64,000 bases of DNA from positions 2,604,001 through 2,668,000 of the forward strand of contig CM030337.1 in assembly GCA_017654855.1 (NCBI GenBank), read 5' to 3'. A program made the translations under genes and the position numbers. Source of the stretch: Podospora anserina (Eukaryota). Positions 1 to 12,313 of this stretch are shown here, piece by piece (within the stretch, counting starts at the first letter, position 1; each line of letters opens with the position of its first letter). The notes under the pieces are model-generated. The model saw nothing but the letters and a program-made list of their open reading frames with translations, was not told the DNA's origin and did not search any database.

Positions 1-250
1 AATCCGATATCAATAGGTTCTGAACTGAACTGACTAGTCTAACAAGGCCGGCTAATATATACATAGCGGCTGACTGGATAAGTCTGAGAAATGACTTCCA
101 GTGGTGAGTCCTGAGGGCAAACCAAACCTGGTGTGAACCGGCCAAGCCAAACAGGACCAAACAGGCAACCCTTTGGCTTGTTCTAGATCCTTCTCCTCCT
201 GCTTGTTTAGTGATGAATGAGACAGAACAGAACCTTTGTGTTGATTAGGC

Positions 251-754
251 TAGGGCGGTTAACAAGTTAAACTTGACTTGACTTGCACGTTCAACCGTCA
301 AGGCAAGTTAATCGGCCCGATTTTTACGCAAGCTGAATTAAATCCAGGGTAGACTTAACTTGACGATTTGTCAAGGCCTATAATGTATTTTTTATTCATA
401 CAAACACTAGTGGTCGAGAACTGAGTTCATGGTGGCGAGGTTATTGTTAGGTGTGAGGTTGGCCTCTGAGTTCAACTCGGCAGAACCCAGACCGGAACCT
501 CCGGAAAGAAAAGGCGCAAGAACCCACTACTGTAGGGACTTTAACGCCAAAGAGCTATAGATAGTTGAGAAAATAAATATCCGATTTGCCCTTACCTACT
601 TTGCTAAGAATCGGGCCGGAAAAACTACCAGAAGCTTGCAAGTCGGCAAGTCAAGTCAAAGCGGTAAGGACCTTAAGTCAAATCAAAGACCTTGGCGGCA
701 AGTCAAGTTAAATCGAGGGCCGACTTGACTTGACTTGACTGGTTGACCACCTTG
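251..754. mobile_element. Non-autonomous hAT-like DNA transposon (MITE/deletion derivative), RIP-degraded
   Basis: Left end TAGGGCGGTTAAC (251-263) and the reverse complement of 742-754 (CAAGGTGGTCAAC) differ only by transitions. Flanks GATTAGGC (243-250) and GATCAAGT (755-762) both derive from GATCAGGC by C>T/G>A, consistent with an 8-bp TSD. Subterminal (GACTT)n/(AAGTC)n arrays occur in both orientations. Confidence 0.7.
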
Positions 755-1945
755 GATCAAGTATAGTAACTTACCGCTCGAACTTTCCCGCAACCCAACC
801 TATTCTCCTCTGGAAGAACCTTCGACTGGTTGGTTTACGTGGGTCTTCCCGGATAATATATTCCACTGAGTTCCTGCTCTCCTGCCCTTTATCTCCGATT
901 TAATTTCCTATACAGCTTTTTTCATGGCCTGGATGAACGTCTCCGGGCCACCTGCAATAATAATTGCGTCGAGGGCTTCGGTGCTGCGTTGAACCTTGTT
1001 TGCAGAGTTTATAGCCCTCAATAAACGCCTGATCTGACCGGCCAGTTGCGAATGGTCTGTCTCGAATAGTTCACCTCACAACATCTAGTTTCGCCGTCCT
1101 TTGCTCGAGATCTCATGCCTTTTCCCCGCTGAATGGGAGGACGTTGTATATCGCGCCATTGACCTCAACCACTTCCACACCGGTAGGATCGTCCTACCTC
1201 TAGCCTTCCGTGCTGTATTTTGGCTGGTGAGTGGGCAGGTTATTCGAGAAGTCCGAGGAATGGAGGGTGATGATGGCGGGGACACGGAGTCATGGGCGGG
1301 GTCAAAATCAGCGGAGGAATGGTATAAGATCTACCTACGCCTAGCCGAGCTTTATCCTAGCGTAGTAGGGACACTATCTAAGCCTCTTCTATTGGAAAGC
1401 CAAGCTTCATCTGTCTAAAATCCAAACTCTCATACATAGTATCTAAACTTTATATCAGCTATCTGAGAATTATAGGATTCCCATATCAAACTAAATTCAG
1501 TCTTTTGACAGTGGGTAAGGCCACTTTTCAATGTTTCTTGCGTCGGCTCCAACCTTTTTCTCTTTTTCTTTTTTCGTTAGACTCATGAAATTCCGATTGG
1601 GCTACCTTACCTCATACTGCGCGAGTAAAGTTGTGTGGGTTAAAGTATCATCTTGAACCTATAACCCAGCCAGCAGGACGATTTCGCCGCCCTTCGGTAT
1701 CTTTAATTAACTCTAGCACTCGGGATAAAGCCGAGTTCAATGCAGAGTTCACAACTCGCATCCTGCAGTTATATATGTAGTTACGCCGCGCTTAGGTAGT
1801 GTCACGGGGCCTGAATATTTCGAAAGCCGCCTTACAGAATCAAGAATGTGATGATATTGGGAGTACACGTACCAGCAACAAAGCTACAAAAGAGCATCTT
1901 CATCTTCCATGCCCACACAGTTCCGTCACTGTCAACCACCCCCCC

Positions 1946-2554
1946 TTAAACGAACGCAACAACGCCAAACACCGCCCCAGCAAAGACCCGCACCAGTGAA
2001 CCACCAGCCCCGACAACACTCCCACCATTCCCCGTCGCCGTCGTCGTAGTCGGAGTAGTAACCTCCTCCTCCTCATCCCCCACACTCGGCCCATCAGTAA
2101 TCACCGCCGATGTAGAAGTCGTCAATGTCGTCACCAAAGGAACTGAGCTACTCCCAGTAGGCTGTGACTCGGAAAGTGTGAGCGCGCCGGTCGAAGAGTC
2201 GATCGTCTCCGTAGAACTGGACTCTATCACAGTAGGAAGGGGCGTAGGACTGACAGTCGGCTCCTCCGTGGTGAGGACAAGCTTCCCAGAGGTGAAGCAC
2301 GGCATGTAGGAAGCCTCTGTCCTGAGGGTTTCGGTGCCGGTGTAGAAAGCGCAACCGGGAACATCTTTTCTAGGGGGGGCGCGGCCACCGCCGCAGTCGT
2401 GAGGGTCGCAGATTTGACCGTCGTCGGGGTCGTACCAGTGGACGATGTTGTCTTGGCATACGCCGAAGGTGTGTTGGGCGCAGCCAACAGCGAGAGTCTT
2501 GCCCGCGAGGAGCGCTAATGGAAGCAAGGTTGACACGGAGGAGAAGGACTTCAT
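1946..2554 (-). CDS. Secreted, probably GPI-anchored Ser/Thr-rich cell-surface protein with a small Cys-rich N-terminal domain
   Basis: ATG at 2554 gives the signal peptide MKSFSSVSTLLPLALLAGKTLA, followed by a Cys-rich domain (CAQHTFGVC...CDPHDCGGGRAPP...GCAFYTGT), an S/T-rich stalk and a hydrophobic C-terminal tail. Confidence 0.85.
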   Translation of the reverse strand: MKSFSSVSTLLPLALLAGKTLAVGCAQHTFGVCQDNIVHWYDPDDGQICDPHDCGGGRAPPRKDVPGCAFYTGTETLRTEASYMPCFTSGKLVLTTEEPTVSPTPLPTVIESSSTETIDSSTGALTLSESQPTGSSSVPLVTTLTTSTSAVITDGPSVGDEEEEVTTPTTTTATGNGGSVVGAGGSLVRVFAGAVFGVVAFV

Positions 2555-3281
2555 TTTTCCTAGATGTCGAAGCTGTAGCCCTTGGATATGGTTCAGCTTT
2601 GCCGAGAAGATGAGGGCGAGGGGGACGCTTTTTTTATATCCGTGTTGAAGGCTCGAAGGATTCCTGGGAGGCGGAACGAGGCGTCTAGCTTGCCCCTTCG
2701 CTAAGATCACAGCGTTGGATCTAAGCTGGCTAATCCCTGTCATTTCATTAACCCGAGATTAAAAGCCCCGTCCTCAAAGCCGTAGGGCTGGACCAGTCTC
2801 AAAAAAGCAGGCCGACATCCTCTGACATATGCTTTCTCCATAAAAGGCACGAGCTTTTAGATAGCCAACTTTTTGCATAAAACTTCGCCTCATAGAACTT
2901 GTGAACAAACCTAGGGGCAATTGCATGTCCAAACCCCCCCTTTCTTGACGTAAGTTACCGCTGAACAGTTGCCATGGCAACCGCTTGATTGAACCATCGA
3001 GCGATTACCCCCTATCATACTGCCATCTCCAACAACTGATGAAGAGGGAAATGCGAAGCTTGACGTTCCATTTTCTTCCTTCTTCCAGAGACCTCCCATG
3101 CTGGAACTTTATCAAGGGAGACTACAGGTAGTTGATGTTTTGGGTAGATCCGCCGAAAGGAGGGTTGTCACGGTTGGCTCAGCGGCCGTGGAGCTGATGC
3201 ATGTGATAGAGGTCGTAGATTTGATGCTCAGAATATTTTCATGGGGACTACCTGGGGATGCTGAGGGGATGGTGGCCTGCA

Positions 3282-4524
3282 CTAGTGAAGAGTTTCTCGA
3301 CCAGCATCCAGTTCGACGGCCGTTGAAGTCTCGTTGTTGTATGCCATAGTTAGACAACAGCAATCCACCTGCCCGCTGAGATATTGGGTACCGGCAGCGG
3401 AGTCTGTCGACACAGTAGCAATACTCGCAAACCTGTTGGCCTCCTGAGCTGCGTTCAATTGCAAGATCCTTGCAATGAAAGCTCCAATGGCGAAGATCAG
3501 CCTGATGGTTACGAAGACGGGGCTTAGGCCGGCAAACCAAAAGGTAAAGTATTCGCGTTTGTTTCGCTTGTCAAACCGAAAGCCGCAAATAGTCCGTGGT
3601 GCTGTGCAGTTGAATGTCTCTTCCAAGATTAGAAGGCGAGCTTTCCAGAACTTGAAACTGTCGACCTGTCTTGACACAGTAATGATCCTGTCACCCCACA
3701 TTTGAGTATGGGGCGGTACTTCCTGGGGATACAGCAGCTGTGTGCCGGCCCTGGGGTCAACCCCTCGCACCTTGCGAACATAGCCAGGCCACGACATTTC
3801 AACGTTATGTAGCTTTCGCTGAAACCAGAGGGGTTTGTCAATGTCCGTGTCGGGGATGAGCAAAGCCAGGGTCTTTAAGGTTTCTTCAGCGAGTTCTCGG
3901 TATGGGTACTGGTCCCTGGTGCGAGGATATCTGGTGAGCAAAAATCATGCGATTTGTTTTGGAAGCACTGCTCGAATGTCATGCCCTACTTGGTCCTCCA
4001 TCTTCGTCTTGTCGATGATGCCCAGAAACTTGGGCATTGTTTCCACTGCAACTTATGGATCGTGCATTGGGTTGGTCTGGTAGTCGGTGTTGCCTAGACT
4101 GATGACATATCAGTACTGTGGTGCTGATGGTGGCCCCATGGTGGCCATTACGGCTTGCTGCAGTGTCTTGTCGGCATCCCAGACAAAGTTAGAATCTCCC
4201 GAGGCAAAGCTGAACATCAGCCAAATTCGCGATGCCATATCCAGAGAGTTGTAGACGCGTCGGACCTAGAGTATGATAATACACCAAGCGTGCTGTGTTA
4301 GTGATGCCTGGTGTTGATGTGTTTGACGGACTGGAATCATGAAAACAACGCCATACATCAAGCCCATGGGGATAACCAGGTCCATAATTTTGCGCTAAAT
4401 CAGACTTGGTCATTGCGGTACCATGTGAGTTCCTTAGTGTCGCAATCAAGCTGAACAGTTCGCCGAATATCTCGAAGATGCGATCTTGAGGTTGGTAGTC
4501 GTCGAGTTGTCTCTCGAGGTACAC
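3282..4524 (-). pseudogene. Degenerate member of a fungal hypothetical membrane-protein family
   Basis: ORF 3282-3941 has family-like motifs (ELAEETLKTLALL; FKFWKARLLILEETF...FTFWFA followed by a hydrophobic helix). Upstream sequence 3942-4200 is broken by stops in the protein-like frame, and ORF 4189-4524 is in a different frame. Confidence 0.45.
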
Positions 4525-5524
4525 TACAAAACTATCATACCCGTCTTCACCTTTTACCTGAAATGCATATCAGTGAATAAGATACCATATTGTGGGAAAC
4601 ATAGCTTACAAGACAGTGTTGCTATACCCATTGCACCAAATGCCAGCGATGAGTTGGTCACGGTAGCTGGGTCCGATCAACTGTGGTCGATGGTTCGGAG
4701 ATGCGGGATTCAAAGGCTGATCCTAGGGAATTCCTTGGAAAGCCTTGAGTGTCAAACGCCACAACGGCACCTGAGAATGAGCAGAATTGAGTACCGGCAT
4801 GGTAGCTAACAACCAGGAAGAGAAACCAGAACGCCCATTTCGTTTAGGGTGGAAGTAAGACTTGGCGAGGTTTGTAATAGCTCGTGCGTAGGACGAATTG
4901 AGGAGTTGTGTTCTGAATCCTGCAACTCGGAATAATGTGTTGTCAATAATACTCTCATCACCCCACAGAACTAGGAAACCCAAACTCGTAACGCAAGACA
5001 CAAAGTGTACAGCATCTTAAAAGGATGGCTACAAACTTCGGCCATCTACTGATGGAGGGCAAAAGAGAGACAGGAAGGAAGTCAAGCCACACCGCGCCTT
5101 GTAGGGCAGGAGAAGTTGGGCTACTTGGCCTCTCGGAGACCGGCGGTGCCGAAAATGCCTTCTGGGGACAGTTTTACGGCTGCCCGGGTCCCCGCCACCT
5201 GTTACACCCCCATACGTGTTGCAAAGGCACACATTGCCACAACTTGTCACATCAGGTGGAAGGAACGACGCAATTGAACATTATCTTAGGTAGGTACTTG
5301 TGACCAAGCCTCCACGTGCCTGCCCGCGTTTACCCTCTGGAAGGCACCACTAAAACAACTGATTAGATAAAAGACGGTTCCAAAGTATTCCATACAGAGA
5401 TCTTCACGATGCAAGGCTTCGACTCGAAACCGTGACGCAGCTCTATAGCTAAATCCCCTCCACCCCAATTGCCGAGTCAAGTTCACGACTTCCTCCACTC
5501 AGACCAAGGGTATATGCTGCCCGA

Positions 5525-6013
5525 ATGACTGCAGCCGCAATTAACGATAACGTCCCGTTTCGCTGTACACATGTCATCGAATACGACGATGCCGAGAAGC
5601 GCAACTGGCGAATGGTCGGGTTTGGTAGATACAACGTCAGACCTCTCAGCCCCGAAGCCGAGCAAGCATTCCAGAGCATCCGACCGCAGCTCATCTCCAT
5701 CACCCGCAATACACCATTGGCTTCCATCAAATGCAGAGGACCTTCTGCGAGAAGTCCTGCGGCAACTGCGGAAGGGTACCGGGTCACAGACAAGAAGAAA
5801 TCCGACCCGGATCGAGACGGCGTGGATGCCGTGGTGCTTAGGAATAGCTCGCGACCCTTTGTAAAGGAGATCAAGAAGCGGATCAAACAAACCCGTATCC
5901 TGGAGTCTGGTAGAACCAAATTTGCATTGATGGCGCGGGATGAGCCACCCGGGTGGGATTGGCGTCCAGAGGGAGCGAAGGACACCTCGGAAGAAGTCAA
6001 GGTCACAGAGTAG
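5525..6013 (+). CDS. Hypothetical protein or gene fragment (162 aa)
   Basis: ATG-initiated ORF with protein-like composition and no recognised domain, in a degenerate region. Confidence 0.3.
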   Translation: MTAAAINDNVPFRCTHVIEYDDAEKRNWRMVGFGRYNVRPLSPEAEQAFQSIRPQLISITRNTPLASIKCRGPSARSPAATAEGYRVTDKKKSDPDRDGVDAVVLRNSSRPFVKEIKKRIKQTRILESGRTKFALMARDEPPGWDWRPEGAKDTSEEVKVTE

Positions 6014-6814
6014 GCAAGGTTTCTCTTTTGTTGGTGTTATCCTGGTACTGTTTTCGGATCATAGACTATGTTGGAGGTTCTTTATCAGCATCCAACTGTT
6101 CAATTATCATCTGTGTTGCTTTGCCTTTTCTTCCAACTATGTCACCTGGTTGAGAATATTATCTCAGCTTTCCATCACTCAACCTGAGCTTCATCTGAGC
6201 ACTGTCTGGACCTGATCTAAGCATTATATGGACTTGATCCGAGCACTGACTGGACCCGATCCAAGCTTCCCAGCAAATCTGATGATGGGGCGTGGCTGAC
6301 TAGCCCTATTGATATGAGCCGTGCAGACCACCGAGCCATAAGAGCAAGCGTGGGACAATGAAGCATGTGATTTTCTCCAGCCGCGGTGTGTGTCATTGTA
6401 AGCGATAATAAGCGCTGCATAAAAGTTCCTTTTTGGTTCGTTTAATGATTTGGAATCCGAAGAGAGATGAAGATTTGGGCCATTCTGTTCATGCGCCAAC
6501 CTTCCAGAGACAGAGATGCACTTTCTGTGATACTATGATACCTACCTTGCTGTCCAGTGTCCCCCTCAACTCGATTCATGCTTCCAGGTTCTCAACCAAA
6601 CATGAGGCATTGACACATGACAAAAAGACAGATGCGCAAATAAATACTTTTAGCGATAGGCGATGCGTTCAATGCACTCATTGTGGGTATTCTAGAAGGC
6701 TGCAAAGCATGTTGCATATGCATGGAAGCGGAATCCGAGGGGGCTTGGCACTGCAGCAGCAGCAGCAGTTGCGGGCTGAAGACAATCCGAGGGAAAGAGC
6801 GCACAGGAATCAGG

Positions 6815-7198
6815 TCATGCTGCTGGTCTGCACCTGCAATATTTGAACAGTGCAGTTGATGAAACCGGAGATTTATCTGTGGAAATCAAGTGACCCAAGA
6901 ATCGCATGTCGTTGGGACAGGAAAGAAAATGTTCACCAGGAAAGGGAACCGGCCCGGCTGCCGAGAGGACTGGCCGCTGCAACCTCAACCTCGGAGAATT
7001 GACCACCGCGTTTTTTTGGCGTCTGTATATCCGTAGCGTCAACAACAACACAATGCCCAAATATACTGCGGCGCAAGATGTAAACACCAGGGCTGAGACG
7101 GCAAACACGGCCATTTTTAACGCTGTTTTCTCGATAGCGTCAGTGCGTGGACTGGGAGGGATGATGATGACAGTTTGTGGGGGGAGCACGGGGAGCAA
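6815..7198 (-). CDS. Possible small single-pass membrane protein
   Basis: Hydrophobic stretch (MAVFAVSALVFTSCAAVYLGIVLLLTL) followed by basic residues (RIYRRQK). The start site is uncertain. Confidence 0.35.
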   Translation of the reverse strand: MLPVLPPQTVIIIPPSPRTDAIEKTALKMAVFAVSALVFTSCAAVYLGIVLLLTLRIYRRQKNAVVNSPRLRLQRPVLSAAGPVPFPGEHFLSCPNDMRFLGHLISTDKSPVSSTALFKYCRCRPAA

Positions 7199-7891
7199 AG
7201 CCGACCCGGAAAGGCAGCCCGATCAGTTTTTTATCAGATCTCCCGTCCCGAGCTCGTGGGCAGAGAGAGGAAACACATCAATCTGAGATTGGCGATGTGA
7301 CCCTGTTGCGGTGCTTGGGTTACAGGGGTCGGCCCCAGGACAGGCTGCCTGAACCAATAGGCGGCCAGCACTGTTTAATTGGCCGACGCCACACGGTAGC
7401 GATCGAAATTACGCGGTCAGGGGAGATTGCGGAAAGCGCGAACTGCTTCTTGGGGTTTCTTGGGGCCTTTGAATTCTCCAGCTGTCAAAGTTTTGAACTT
7501 TTGCGACTGGAGAAACATGACAGGCGCCGACATCTCTTGTTCGGCAGACTGACTGACTGACTGACTGGTCGGGGTGTGTCGTCGTGTCCGTTGGACCCAA
7601 TCTCTCTTTTGTTATGCGCTCTCTCTCGTCGTTCGTTACAGCCAACCCACTCTCTCTCTGCCCATTCGCGCATGAACAGTCACTCCTTTGATCCCGCCCG
7701 AGTCTCCGCATCCCGATACCTACCTACGAACCAGTCTCGGTGTACTCCGTCTCTGACCACCCGCGCACCGCGCGCGCGCTGTCTTGTCTGTCTTGTCTGT
7801 CTTAGCCTGCCTTCGATAGGAGGAGGGGCCTGAGGCTCAAGAGCCTGACCTGACCTCATTTCATCACTGACCTGGCAGTTCAAGCATCACC

Positions 7892-10737
7892 ATGGAACCC
7901 CGCGGCAGGTCCCCCGTGCTGTCGTCGCGTGTAGCACAGAAGGGAGGCAGCATGAATATATGCATCCCCCTTCGACCACGGCACCATGACCGGAAGACTG
8001 CAGCCGCCGACATTGACCTCATGGCACAGGGTCAAGACCCTGTTGACCGTTACTCCAGGCCTGCCGCAGATGCTTTGTCTCTGTCTGGGTCAACACCGCC
8101 CCAGAGCCCAACCATGGCCAGCTTTGGCGTTGGTGGAGGTCCCAAGGTTATCATATCAGATATGATGACCAAGCCTCATAGCCGCCCTCAGCTCAAGTCC
8201 ATGGACTCACGCAGCAGCCTCAAGAAAGCCAAGGACCAAGACACTACTGAGTACCAGCCTGCAGACAAGGACTTCCGCAAGACCCATCGGGCCGTTGGGT
8301 CCATCGACTCCATCCTCACCTCCACAACCTGTGTCAACACTGCCTCTTCCTGCAGCCGCGCAGAATCACGCCTTTCCCGGGAGATCCGCATCGAGGTGGA
8401 AGATGCTGACGACGGAGAGGCCCCGATACTTGCCTACCACCCCAACCTCGCCAACATGTTTTACTCGGAAAGCAGAAATCATTTGGGTGTGCCATCCCGA
8501 CCTAGTTCAAGCATGACTTGCAAGAAGCTGGAGGAGGAAGGTGAGCTGGACGAGGACAGGCTCATTGATGAAATCTCGTCCTGGGTCCTGCGGAACACTT
8601 GTGGCAAGGATGTCGATGACTGCGCAGCTCCTTTGATGATATGGGATTGCACATACCGCTATGTCCAGGAGCTTTCCAGCGTGGCCCAGGATGGAACCAT
8701 GGGCATCGTGCAGGCAACGTCTGGACAGGGGACACCAACGTCACAGGGTGGTGGTACGCCGGGAGAAGGAGGCTATGATCAACAGTCCTCCGGTGGTTAT
8801 TTCATCAAGGGGAAGAGAAAGGCTGAAGGGGGAGGCAGCGATGATGGAAGCGGGCTGGGAGGCCGGGACCACATGGGAGGAGGGGATGATGATGGGGATA
8901 CCACCATGGCCGCCCAGGGGTACACCAGCAAAAACACAACAAACTTCAGCTGTCCTTACAGAAAGAGAAACCCTCTTCGATTCAACGTGCGAGACCATTA
9001 TGTCTGCGCTACACACTCATTTTCCGACATGTCACAACTCAAAAAGCACATTCGTGCTCACCACCCACCTGTTCAGCGAAACGCGGGTCCATTCCTTTGC
9101 CCTCGGTGCTGCAAGGGCTTTCCTTCGAAAAACGACCTCGACTCTCATTTGCGGCAACCAGAGCCATGCCGCCTCTCGGTTGATCACGGCGGAGCTAACC
9201 CGGAAGATGGTATTACCCAGAAAATTATTTCGTCGCTCGAGGCCAGAAGTCTCAAGGCCAAGATCGACAACTGGAAATCATTGTGGAAGCTCTTGTTTCC
9301 ACATGACAGGGAGATTCCGGAGCCAGGTAGGTCATGTGTTTCCTGTCGTGATGGAATTTGACTGACATCACAACAGCGTTCATTCCCGTGATGGAGGCCT
9401 TTGACTTCATCTCCGAGTCTGAGAAGTACAAGGACCAGCTGAAAGAATTGCTGGAACTGCAGTATCGACATGTTCTTGATGGGGCAACACACATTGGAGA
9501 TATCGACATGAAGATTCACCAAGGGCTGAAAAGAAGCATCAAGTCCATCTACAACTGGATTGAAACCGTGGTCCAGGATTGGGAGAAGAAAATTTCAGGC
9601 GCGGTATCTTTCTTCAATGTGAATCCGGTGGAGAATACAGTTGTGGATGTTTCCGACACAGCCAGCTGGGCCCCAAGCGGACAACGGCTGACACCCTCTC
9701 CTGCTTCCACTCCAACTATGCTATCAGGAAGCACAGGTATGGTCAGCACAATGGCCGGAACGACACTGGTCGGAACAGAAAGCCCTGGACGCGGCGCTCC
9801 TTCGGCTGCAGCAAGAAGACGTCCCAACCCCGTGAAGAGGATCAAGAGAGCCGAAGTTCTGCCCAAGACGCAGCCAACCACGCAGATCCCAGTGCCCATC
9901 CAGCGAGCACGAACTCCCCAGGGACAAGCCAGGGCGATCAACACCTCATTCCGGCCACCGTCGGTTCTGCCAAGTCAGTCTGCGCTCATGCCAGCTTCAA
10001 CAAGTGGACAGATGGAGCAGCCAATTGTAGCCTTTCAGCATCCCAACTGGGACTCGCCTCCTGTCTCCATGCCCGCCAACTATGCCATTCCTTACACCAC
10101 CGCCGGAGACATGTTCCAGTCTCCAGATCTCATAACAGCACCAGCCCACTACTCACCTGTTCCGATAGGACCAAGCCACCTCGAGGTTCAAAATTATCTT
10201 GCAAACCAAGAGCACCAAGGCGCAGTTCACGTCCCCACAGGCGAGGGGCTCCAGCAGCACGACATGGTTCCCCGACCACAATCCACGGCAACGATCCGAG
10301 CAAGCCGTCTCATAACACCCAGGTCCTCCGTTGCCTCGACTTGGATGCGTGACGAAAATCGCGACTCGGCTCAGACTCTCGTCGAAGATCACCCCCCAGG
10401 ACGCTGTAACAACATGTACTGTCCTTCCTGTAGCAAGCCCTTGCCGGATGACATGGGGGTTACCATGCACGTCCAGTCGCCGATAGGCATGCACCACGGT
10501 GTTGTCGGACCCGGCCATCCTCACCAACAGCAGCACAGACATCAGCTCCATCAACAGCAGCAGCCACATGAGATTTACGGTCAAGGTGGCCATACCACAA
10601 TGCCTGGCTTTACCCCGACTACGGGGCCAATGGAGATGCATGGTCTGCCCGGAAATGAGGAGGTCGAATGGGGATTTCACGGAGGGGCGAACCCGAACAT
10701 GTTTGGCGGACATGGAGGCCCGCAGGAGGGATACTAA
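7892..10737 (+). CDS. C2H2 zinc-finger protein, probable transcription factor (2 exons, ~931 aa)
   Basis: FSCPYRKRNPLRFNVRDHYVCATHSFSDMSQLKKHIRAHH and CPRCCKGFPSKNDLDSHLRQ fingers. Intron 9327-9376 (GTAGGT...CTGAC...CAG) joins ORFs 7892-9361 and 9358-10737 in frame. The C-terminus is Q/P/H-rich. Confidence 0.9.
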
Positions 10738-12313
10738 TAACATCAATTATTCATGGGGAAAGCAACAAGGGGACGACACAGACGTCAAGAGGACACACTA
10801 ACGAGCATAGCTCTTGCTCTATTTCCTTTGCTATATATTTTTGACATTTCTTGTATTTGACTTGCTACTAATGTAATCACTGAAGAGGGGGATGATATCG
10901 GACGTTGATGTGTCAGAAGAGGTGGACGCATATATGCGCATATACGGGGGTAGATGTATTTATACACGAGTGGCTTGGGCTTGTGGGAAGGGGGGAGTTT
11001 CTGGCTGGAGGAGACGAGTCAAGCAGGAGTTGCACGGTGATTCGGTGTTGTGAAGGAAGGGGATATCAAAATCACGACCGGTTATGACGACATGTATGAA
11101 CATTGTTCGAGTTTATTTTTCTTGCGTTTGATGTATTATTTTTATTCTTAGAATCTATTGTCTAGTTTTGGAGGACAGCAGAAAGGGGTGTTTGGCTGGT
11201 TTGGGGGTTGTGTGTAGCCTAAAATTTACTTGAATTCAAATTCTTTGAACTTTCTGGTGACATGATCTTGGTGTGAATGGGGGGACTGTCGGGGGTTGAG
11301 CTGGCATGCAAGACTTGAAGCACCGTGCTTTCCAAATACTATTGACAGGTAGTGTGATGTCACCAGTGTACTTCACAGGGCACTCACATACATACATGAG
11401 CATTTGTTTCCTCTCTTTCCCCCGTTGGCCCATATAAACCTTGGGTTATAAAGCTTCCTCCCCACAACCCAAATTCCGTTTTGCACAACCGGGCTAGTCA
11501 CACAAAATTCTAGGCAAAGTTATTTGTCCAAGCTTTATCTGTCTTTTGCCCCAGCTATATTTCTTCTTAGGTACCCAAGCTTTATCTATCTTTTTGCTTC
11601 CACCCAAGCATTCTACCAACTCTTTCCGAGCTTTTCCAACACACATTACCAGCGTCTTACTTGAATGTGTATTGAGACTTCCAAAAGTCCCTTTGAAACC
11701 AGAGAGCTCACGCGCCTTTCTGTAAGGAAGTCTTGTTCCAGTACTCACCTAAGCTGGGATTGGGGTATTAAAAGGCTTGGATTACGAGTGTAAAATGCTT
11801 GGAGTGGGCTTTAAAATGCTCGGATTGCAAAAGCTTGTCATCTGGGACGGAGATTACAATAAGGATTCACGAGCCAACTGGAGGTATGGCAAAGAGCTGC
11901 AAGACACAAGCAGGCAACGATGGTATCTTGTCCTCAAAAGTTTCAAACATCATACCACTGGGCACTCAAAGCAAACACAGATCAAGCATACTCGTACATC
12001 ATCTGTTCCCACAAGATCAAACATGCACACAAACTCCTTCGAGATTACCCCACCAGGCCCCCAAACACCTAATCTATCCATATTCCCTCAAATGCCATGT
12101 CCCATGTCCCATGTGGTATCAACAAATCTCATACAAATCCCGTATCCCAAATTCCACACAACTCCCAATCCCAATCCCAATTCCATAAACCCGTTAATCC
12201 TCCCCCCCATCCAAATTCCCATGGTATCATACAACTGAAGCCAATCCCCAACTCCAATCCAAACAAACAAAAACCACAAGACAAAAAAAAACCTAAACTC
12301 CAACCCTCACACC

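Noticed and set aside
1101-1418. 105-aa ORF beside the hAT-like element
   Set aside because: It has a non-ATG start and stops upstream in all frames. It may be a gene remnant, but I cannot identify it.
6197-6270. Imperfect ~22-bp tandem repeats (GAGCACTGxCTGGACCxGATC)
   Set aside because: Only about three degenerate units with no coding or structural context.
11440-11960. Short divergent ORFs in AT-richer DNA
   Set aside because: No recognisable domain, terminal repeats or second copy in the window.
12150-12260. (CCAATC)-like repeats as a possible telomeric relic
   Set aside because: Not TTAGGG; this is a low-complexity 3' UTR tract of the DUF3638 gene.
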